Origin: Lingula anatina
Lineage: Eukaryota > Animalia > Brachiopoda
Assembly (NCBI GenBank): GCA_051362555.1
Contig: CM120640.1
Coordinates: forward strand, 53,856,788-53,920,787
Reading direction: 5' to 3'
DNA: 64,000 bases
The translations under genes were made by a program, and so were the position numbers. This document shows positions 63,673-64,000 of this stretch, one piece after another. The number at the start of each line of letters is the position of its first letter. Position 1 is the first letter of the stretch. The notes under the pieces were generated by a model. It was not told the DNA's origin, made no database searches, and saw only the letters and a list, made by a program, of their open reading frames with translations.

Positions 63673-64000
63673 AAAACGCCTAGCAGCATGATCATCAAAA
63701 ATTTTTAATTTTATGCCACATTGGACATCAAAAGAATGTAAATAGCACAGAGCCTAAGACCTATGGGAATTTTTAGTCATACCTGAAATATGGCAAAAAT
63801 TAAACATTACAAAATAAAGATTAAAAAACATTTTTTTTTCCAATCAGGTTGTTTGTTATACGTTACATGTATTTTAGTCCAATAAAATATGAGAATAATA
63901 AGTGACACAATTTTCCTTTTGTATATATGATTCTGCACAAAATGATTTTTGTCAATAAGAAACATGTACCAAGATAAGTCACTGATCTTGTGAAGTATGA

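Overview
AT-rich, CpG-depleted eukaryotic genomic DNA, most likely from an invertebrate; the repeat types suggest a mollusc or other lophotrochozoan (inference). Almost the whole window is one minus-strand gene, a RasGRF (RASGRF1/2 co-orthologue). I traced by hand 30 GT-AG coding exons with consistent phases from ATG 55198 to TAA 365 (4626 nt, about 1541 aa), in the order PH1-coiled coil-IQ-DH-PH2-REM-long Ser/Pro-rich linker-CDC25. The introns carry a young ~3.2 kb Helentron-associated (HINE-like) element with a 146-bp satellite array next to an older relative, palindromic PIF/Harbinger-like MITEs, a CpG-rich composite element with hAT-like ends, and microsatellites; a decayed RTE-type LINE lies upstream. 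The most interesting signals are: (i) each satellite unit packs overlapping nuclear-receptor elements (RORE/DR1/NBRE/NR5A) at roughly nucleosome spacing, and the array has a 6-mer higher-order structure; (ii) a candidate cassette exon that rewrites the N-terminal half of the IQ motif; (iii) a candidate internal first exon that would give a REM-CDC25-only isoform; (iv) a duplicated NRYHS phospho-motif exon; (v) a Cdc25A-like DSG phosphodegron. All alternative-exon and regulatory calls are sequence-only inferences.
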